This document shows positions 26,474 through 30,375 of a stretch of DNA of 30,375 nt, piece after piece; positions within the stretch are counted from its first letter, which is position 1; each line of letters opens with the position of its first letter. The DNA is from a virus (Duplodnaviria > Caudoviricetes). The stretch lies in IMG/VR virus record IMGVR_UViG_3300032225_001576, positions 1 through 30,375 of that record; one strand, written 5' to 3'. The position numbers and the translations under genes were made by a program. The notes below the pieces were generated by a model. It saw only the letters and a list, made by a program, of their open reading frames with translations. It made no database searches and was not told where the DNA came from.

Positions 26474-26500
26474 ACCCGCCCGGCGAAGTGCCGGGCGGGT
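26474..26500 (-). other. Intergenic 11-bp stem-loop
   Basis: ACCCGCCCGGC-GAAGT-GCCGGGCGGGT. Confidence 0.55.
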
Positions 26501-26513
26501 GGGGCTGGGATGG

Positions 26514-26693
26514 TCAGGCGTCTCGCCTGTCCCTTCTTTTCAGTTCCTCGATCACTGCCGCCTTGAGGTGCGGCCAGTCGGCGTTCATCATCTCCCCAAC
26601 AATGCTTTCGGCCGACTGGCCGGGGGCGCGGAGGCGAGAAACCTCGTCGGCGGAAGCGGAGATGGTCGAGAAGGCAAACTTGGGGGCGTTCAT
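26514..26693 (-). CDS. 59-aa hypothetical protein (not in the supplied ORF track)
   Basis: Hand translation MNAPKFAFSTISASADEVSRLRAPGQSAESIVGEMMNADWPHLKAAVIEELKRRDRRDA; CAGGA RBS; first gene after a sigma70-like promoter. Confidence 0.62.
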   Translation of the reverse strand: MNAPKFAFSTISASADEVSRLRAPGQSAESIVGEMMNADWPHLKAAVIEELKRRDRRDA

Positions 26694-26732
26694 CTGTTCG
26701 TTTCCTGGGTGGTGTCGTTCTCGTCTGCCCCT

Positions 26733-26781
26733 AGTATAGACGATCGTCCAAAGTAATCAAGCGGGGTGAGAAAAAATTTTT
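26733..26781 (-). promoter_or_regulatory. Sigma70-type leftward early promoter with AT-rich UP element
   Basis: Minus strand TTGATT (26760-26755)-16 nt-TATACT (26738-26733); A/T tract at 26771-26781; palindrome GACGATCGTC (26739-26748) in spacer. Confidence 0.72.
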
Positions 26782-26789
26782 CCGGGGCC

Positions 26790-26806
26790 GTTTTCGGCCG
26801 AGAAAC
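26790..26806. repeat. 17-bp inverted repeat, left copy
   Basis: GTTTTCGGCCGAGAAAC is the exact reverse complement of 28203-28219. Confidence 0.85.
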
Positions 26807-26809
26807 AGG

Positions 26810-27739
26810 CTATTCCGGGTCGGGTACGAATTGGGCGTCGTCGCCGAGATCGAGGGTTGGGAGGACCATTTCCGGCAGCAGTGCGACCACGGAACGCCTG
26901 CCGACGATGTCGGGCGCTAGGTAGTGGTCCCTGGTGATCGACGGGGAAGAGTGATCGAGGTGGTCGGTTGCGTCCGCTCCGGCGGCATGCACGAAAGACC
27001 CGCTCGACTTGCGGATGCTGTGGAATTGTTTGTAGACCACGCCGGCTTCCCGGCAGAGCGATCGAAGAGAGGGGTAGATCGAGTTCGGGTGGCGGGGCGT
27101 CCAGTTCCAGACGAGAGCGTCGGCATGGCCCACGTGCCAGCGGAGCATCGCGGCAAGATCGTGGCGAATGTCGCGCTCGATGTCTCGCGTCTTGCCCTTG
27201 CGTGTCTCCGCCCGAAAACGGATTCGCGGTGCGTCAAGGTCCAAGTCCTTCCATCGCACGGACAGCGTCTCGGTGATCCGAGTGCCACATAGAAACATGG
27301 TGTAGATCAGCGTCGCCCACCACCAGGAGGCGGGCTTGCCGTCGACCTTTCCGCGACGCAGCCGGCATGCCATCAAGAGCCGCTGAATGTCGGCTGCCGA
27401 GTAGGCCACCACGACTCGCTCCGGCGGCTGCTTCCGTTTCAACAACGGGAATTCCATGTTGGCGATTTCTCGCCGGTGAGCCGCGAAGTTCCAGATGGAC
27501 TTCAGCGACTTCCACTCGCGTTGGATCGTCCGTGCCGCGGCGATTTTCCCGCGGCGCGGCGTCGTCGATCGCCACTGAAGAAACATCACAATCGAGTCGT
27601 TCGTGAAGTCGGTGAGTTCCGGTTCGCGGCCAAGAAACTCCTGCCACCGATCAAGGGTCATGCGATAGGACGCAACCGACTTGGCATCCAATTCGCGGAA
27701 GGGGGCGTATCGCTCGAGAAGGAATTGTCGGGCTGTCAT
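26810..27739 (-). CDS. int: Tyrosine recombinase / integrase
   Basis: Catalytic set R (GTRITE), K (TRKGK), HxxR (FHSIRK), H (LDHSS), Y (RDHY); likely start ATG27739 with GGAG RBS (alternative 27760). Confidence 0.9.
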   Translation of the reverse strand: MTARQFLLERYAPFRELDAKSVASYRMTLDRWQEFLGREPELTDFTNDSIVMFLQWRSTTPRRGKIAAARTIQREWKSLKSIWNFAAHRREIANMEFPLLKRKQPPERVVVAYSAADIQRLLMACRLRRGKVDGKPASWWWATLIYTMFLCGTRITETLSVRWKDLDLDAPRIRFRAETRKGKTRDIERDIRHDLAAMLRWHVGHADALVWNWTPRHPNSIYPSLRSLCREAGVVYKQFHSIRKSSGSFVHAAGADATDHLDHSSPSITRDHYLAPDIVGRRSVVALLPEMVLPTLDLGDDAQFVPDPE

Positions 27740-27824
27740 GCGTGGCGCTCCGGTGAGCATCCATGCGATTCGCAGCGTGGCTCACGTAAAGCCGCACTCT
27801 CCATGCAACTCGCAGACTCGGATC

Positions 27825-27861
27825 GTACCACGGTGTACGTGTGTTCACTGTACCGGGGTAC
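27825..27861. promoter_or_regulatory. Cluster of GTAC/GTTC half-sites (operator-like)
   Basis: GTAC-N4-GTTC at 27835-27846 and GTAC-N4-GTAC at 27850-27861 between divergent int and HTH genes. Confidence 0.45.
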
Positions 27862-27928
27862 TTTCAACATTGGCGGTCGCTGGTGGACTCTACGCAGAGT
27901 CGGCCGCCGAACGAAATCAGCGAGCACG

Positions 27929-28180
27929 ATGGCACTCTCCAAGCAGCAGCAGCTCGACAAAATCCTTGAGGGCCACACGTCTGCCGCGTCCGCGGCCAAG
28001 AGCGCCGGCTGTTCTTCGGGATGGGTGAGGCGTTTGCTGAAGAAAAACGAACTGCGCGGCCTATGTGCCGCGGGCTGCTGGTTCGTTGACGACCGCGACA
28101 TCGGCAAACTGGCCGACAGCCTCTCCAGCCGAAGCAACGGCAAGCGCGGAACGGCCAAGCGGCCTACGTCATCTCGATAG
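27929..28180 (+). CDS. HTH_17/MerR-like small DNA-binding protein
   Basis: 83 aa; SAASAAKSAGCSSGWVRRLLKKNELRG...WFVD. Confidence 0.68.
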   Translation: MALSKQQQLDKILEGHTSAASAAKSAGCSSGWVRRLLKKNELRGLCAAGCWFVDDRDIGKLADSLSSRSNGKRGTAKRPTSSR

Positions 28181-28202
28181 TGTGCTGGCTCGTGCACGGC
28201 CC

Positions 28203-28219
28203 GTTTCTCGGCCGAAAAC
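28203..28219. repeat. 17-bp inverted repeat, right copy
   Basis: GTTTCTCGGCCGAAAAC. Confidence 0.85.
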
Positions 28220-28250
28220 ACGCTCTTTTCAGGCACACTAGATTTCCCTC

Positions 28251-28280
28251 TTGACGAAGTTCCAGCCTGTCACTTACCTT
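28251..28280 (+). promoter_or_regulatory. Sigma70-type rightward promoter candidate
   Basis: TTGACG-18 nt-TACCTT; a second candidate TTGGAC-16 nt-TAGGAT at 28378-28405. Confidence 0.5.
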
Positions 28281-28452
28281 CCCGCCCATCGTCAATCGCA
28301 CGTGGCAGTTCGGCCGCGTGGAAGTGACAGATGGACACTTTGGCAAGGACGCCGTTTTCCGCCGCATTTCCCGGGGGTTGGACGAAACGACTTCAGCGGT
28401 AGGATCGGTTCCAACTAAGTGAACATGCGTACAGTTAGAGGAGTCGGCGGAA

Positions 28453-28911
28453 ATGGAATCTGGGATTGGAAGGGCACGAAATCACGACCTAATCGACCTC
28501 TGCTTCGGGCTGGGTCTGTCGGTCGAACGAACGGCTTGGGTATGTGGCGAATCGCTCTCGCGGTGTTGGCACGAGTGGTCGGTGCGAACGGGATTGCCAA
28601 CGCCGGCAGACCCGCCGCCGTCGACGATCAAGCGTCGGGTGCGAGAGGTGAAGCGTGGATGGACGGAGGATCTTGAGATTCTCGCGCGGCACGGAATCAC
28701 GCTGCGGCCGAGTAGCGAGACCGTGAGGTACAGGAACGAGGCGAGACAGGCCGGACAGCGGATCAGGAATCAGCGGAAGACGCAGAAGGCACGGGAGCAG
28801 AGATGCCACTTCGACTCGATCGACGAGAAGGCCAATCCATCACGATCCCCGGAGATCGTGACGCAGATGACGTTGTGGTGCGAGTGCATTCCATCCGAGG
28901 CGACCGCGTGA
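28453..28911 (+). CDS. Hypothetical protein, possible HTH regulator
   Basis: AGAGGAG RBS; GLSVERTAWVCGES HTH-like segment; last 109 nt overlap csrA. Confidence 0.55.
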   Translation: MESGIGRARNHDLIDLCFGLGLSVERTAWVCGESLSRCWHEWSVRTGLPTPADPPPSTIKRRVREVKRGWTEDLEILARHGITLRPSSETVRYRNEARQAGQRIRNQRKTQKAREQRCHFDSIDEKANPSRSPEIVTQMTLWCECIPSEATA

Positions 28912-29018
28912 GATTGGAGGTCGTGGCGAACCACGACCAAGCGATTTACAGGACAGAGCTGTTCAGGCGGCTCGAACAACAGGAGACGACGAATGTCGAA
29001 CAACGTCATGGCCGGTGA
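28803..29018 (+). CDS. csrA: Carbon storage regulator CsrA/RsmA family RNA-binding protein
   Basis: LRLDRREGQSITI...VVVRVHSIRGDRVRLEVVA...IYRTEL matches the CsrA pattern LxLxRxxGESxxI...VRLGxxA...VxRxE; GGGAG RBS. Confidence 0.82.
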   Translation: MPLRLDRREGQSITIPGDRDADDVVVRVHSIRGDRVRLEVVANHDQAIYRTELFRRLEQQETTNVEQRHGR

Positions 29019-29214
29019 TCGTGAGGCCGCCGGGGCAATTGCCGGCATGCAGGAGGTCTACGGCCGCCCGCTGCCGAGCGTGGACGACTGGGTCCAGGGC
29101 GAAAGCGGCGGCAAGCGGTTCTCGGGCCGCGTGATGTCCGCCGAGCCTGGCCGCGTGTGGGTGGAGATCGACGGCGGGTGGATCGTCGTGCCGCCGTCGG
29201 CACTGGATATGTAA
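28993..29214 (+). CDS. Small hypothetical protein (SH3-like beta C-terminus)
   Basis: 73 aa; CAGGAG RBS. Confidence 0.65.
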   Translation: MSNNVMAGDREAAGAIAGMQEVYGRPLPSVDDWVQGESGGKRFSGRVMSAEPGRVWVEIDGGWIVVPPSALDM

Positions 29215-29333
29215 CAGGACGGGCCGCGGCAGGAGGCCAGCGGCAGGGAGCCCGCGGAGCGGGAGTGGCACGGATGACGGGCCGTCGGCGTCGGAGACGC
29301 CGGCGGATCACGGAGGCGAGAGCAGGACATGGA
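29215..29333 (+). ncRNA. Candidate CsrA-binding GGA-hairpin array (CsrB/RsmZ-like RNA or 5' leader)
   Basis: 11 GGA motifs in 119 nt; loops GGC-AGGAG-GCC, GGC-AGGGA-GCC, CCCGC-GGA-GCGGG, CA-CGGA-TG, CGGCGTC-GGA-GACGCCG. Confidence 0.55.
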
Positions 29334-30054
29334 CGGCAAGCCGATCAACGAGCGGTTCGACGTTCGCCGCGTCGGCAAGAAGTGGGCGGACGCCTACATC
29401 TCGCAGCGTCACTACAGCGGGAGTGTGGTGTGGTCATCGCACTCTCATTTTTCGGTAGAGGACGAAGCTGGGCAGGTGTGGGGCGTGTTGCAGTTCGGTC
29501 CTTCGATGAATCCGAAAGCGACTGCGAAGGTCATGGAAGGACTGGAACCGAGAGGGCTTGTCGAGTTGAACCGCATGGTGTTCGAGGAATCACATCCAGC
29601 CAATCTTGTCTCGTGGGCAATCTCGCGGGCGATTCGTCTGGTGTGTCAGGCAAAGCCATACGTCGAAGTGTTCCAGAGTTTTGCGGACGAGCGGTGCGGA
29701 AAGATGGGCGGCGTTTATCAGGCGGCGAACTTTCTGTTCCTCGGAAGTCACCGGACAGAGTTTTACTTTCTCGATGGAGAGTGGTTTCACAGATCGCTTC
29801 TGGGGCGTGGCGTTGTTGACTGTCGCGGCTGGGGATCTGGCCCAAAGGCAGAACGGCTTCGCAACGGGCGTGAAAGGGCCGAGCGCCATGAGTTCACGCA
29901 GTACCGATATGTGTTACCGGTGTCGAAAAGGGCGAGGGAATCACTTACGGCAAGGGCACTTCCATATCCCAAGCCTGGAGTTGTGACTGTCTCGCCAGCC
30001 AGGAGTTTGGCGGTGTCTCGTCCGACTGGGCCGCAAGGCGTGTTGTTCAGTTGA
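29329..30054 (+). CDS. Mom-like GNAT-fold DNA (adenine) modification protein
   Basis: HYSG, GVLQFG, ELNRM, ISRAIR, SFADE..G..GGVYQAANF..LG; visibly lower GC than flanks. Confidence 0.78.
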   Translation: MDGKPINERFDVRRVGKKWADAYISQRHYSGSVVWSSHSHFSVEDEAGQVWGVLQFGPSMNPKATAKVMEGLEPRGLVELNRMVFEESHPANLVSWAISRAIRLVCQAKPYVEVFQSFADERCGKMGGVYQAANFLFLGSHRTEFYFLDGEWFHRSLLGRGVVDCRGWGSGPKAERLRNGRERAERHEFTQYRYVLPVSKRARESLTARALPYPKPGVVTVSPARSLAVSRPTGPQGVLFS

Positions 30055-30084
30055 TGTGTGACGGCTTTCACGGAAGGGGTCGGC

Positions 30085-30375
30085 ATGGCAGCCGAAGGCG
30101 TGATCCATGTGCAACGGACGTTCTGGCGGATGCCGGCGCGTTCCGCCGCGCCGGGGTCACGCAAGGCCGCCGTGCGCCTCTGCCGAGTGAAGGCGGTGCG
30201 GACGAGGCCGGAGACGAAGGTGCAGCGGCGGGTGCGAATTCACCAGGCCGTTCGCCCGCGAGTTGCGGAATGGATTCGGCGAGCACGGAGGGAACAGGCA
30301 CGGCTTACGCACGTGCTCAACGTCTACGCCTCGCCGGTGAAGGCTGGCGGCCGGTCGCTGGCGGGTGATTCGTAC
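30085..30375 (+). CDS. Hypothetical basic protein, truncated by window end
   Basis: GGAAGGGG RBS; MAAEGVIHVQRTFWRMPARS... open to position 30375. Confidence 0.5.
   Translation, partial: MAAEGVIHVQRTFWRMPARSAAPGSRKAAVRLCRVKAVRTRPETKVQRRVRIHQAVRPRVAEWIRRARREQARLTHVLNVYASPVKAGGRSLAGDSY

Larger units (their letters stand above)
1..30375. mobile_element. Temperate tailed phage / prophage segment (siphovirus-like; both ends lie outside the window)
   Basis: Continuous terminase-portal-capsid-neck-tail-tape measure order on +, followed by tyrosine integrase and small HTH genes; no sheath gene recognised; no host housekeeping genes. Confidence 0.95.

Noticed and set aside
26761-26810. attP core or prophage boundary next to integrase
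   Set aside because: No tRNA fragment or direct repeat identifiable and phage-like genes continue on both sides; cannot be assigned without the host genome
30051-30368. 105-aa ORF from the track
   Set aside because: Gly/Arg/Ala shadow-like composition; the frame from ATG30085 has an RBS and stays open to the window end
1-30375. tRNA, rRNA, CRISPR array, CI-like repressor, small terminase, tail sheath
   Set aside because: No supporting sequence pattern recognised by eye; some may lie outside the window

Overview
The whole window is a GC-rich temperate tailed-phage (siphovirus-like) genome segment or prophage; no host genes, RNA genes or CRISPR arrays are visible. A Planctomycetota host is my inference from the gene repertoire (GpA-type terminase, protease-capsid fusion, CsrA, Cys-rich tail proteins) and is not established. 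41-25972 (+) is a tightly packed late region. It runs from terminase, gpW-like protein, portal, protease/major capsid fusion, DUF2190 and head-tail joining protein through a collagen fibre module and a four-gene glyco-enzyme cassette. It then continues with neck/tail genes, tape measure, Cys-rich tail-tip genes, a HEXXH/metallophosphoesterase/DUF6378 cassette, and a membrane-protein cassette built around a papain-like peptidase. 26017-30375 is a divergent early/lysogeny region (HTH proteins, tyrosine integrase, CsrA, Mom-like DNA modification gene). The most notable observations read directly from the sequence are four. (1) A five-copy bipartite motif CRCACCCCCK-N22-nASnRT heads late modules. 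(2) A phage csrA is followed by a ~120-nt array of 11 GGA motifs, several in hairpin loops, directly upstream of the mom-like gene. (3) Three tandem ~110-aa paralogues occupy the tail-tube position. (4) A perfect 17-bp inverted repeat brackets the integrase and a divergent HTH gene. All product calls are motif and synteny based; no database searches were run.
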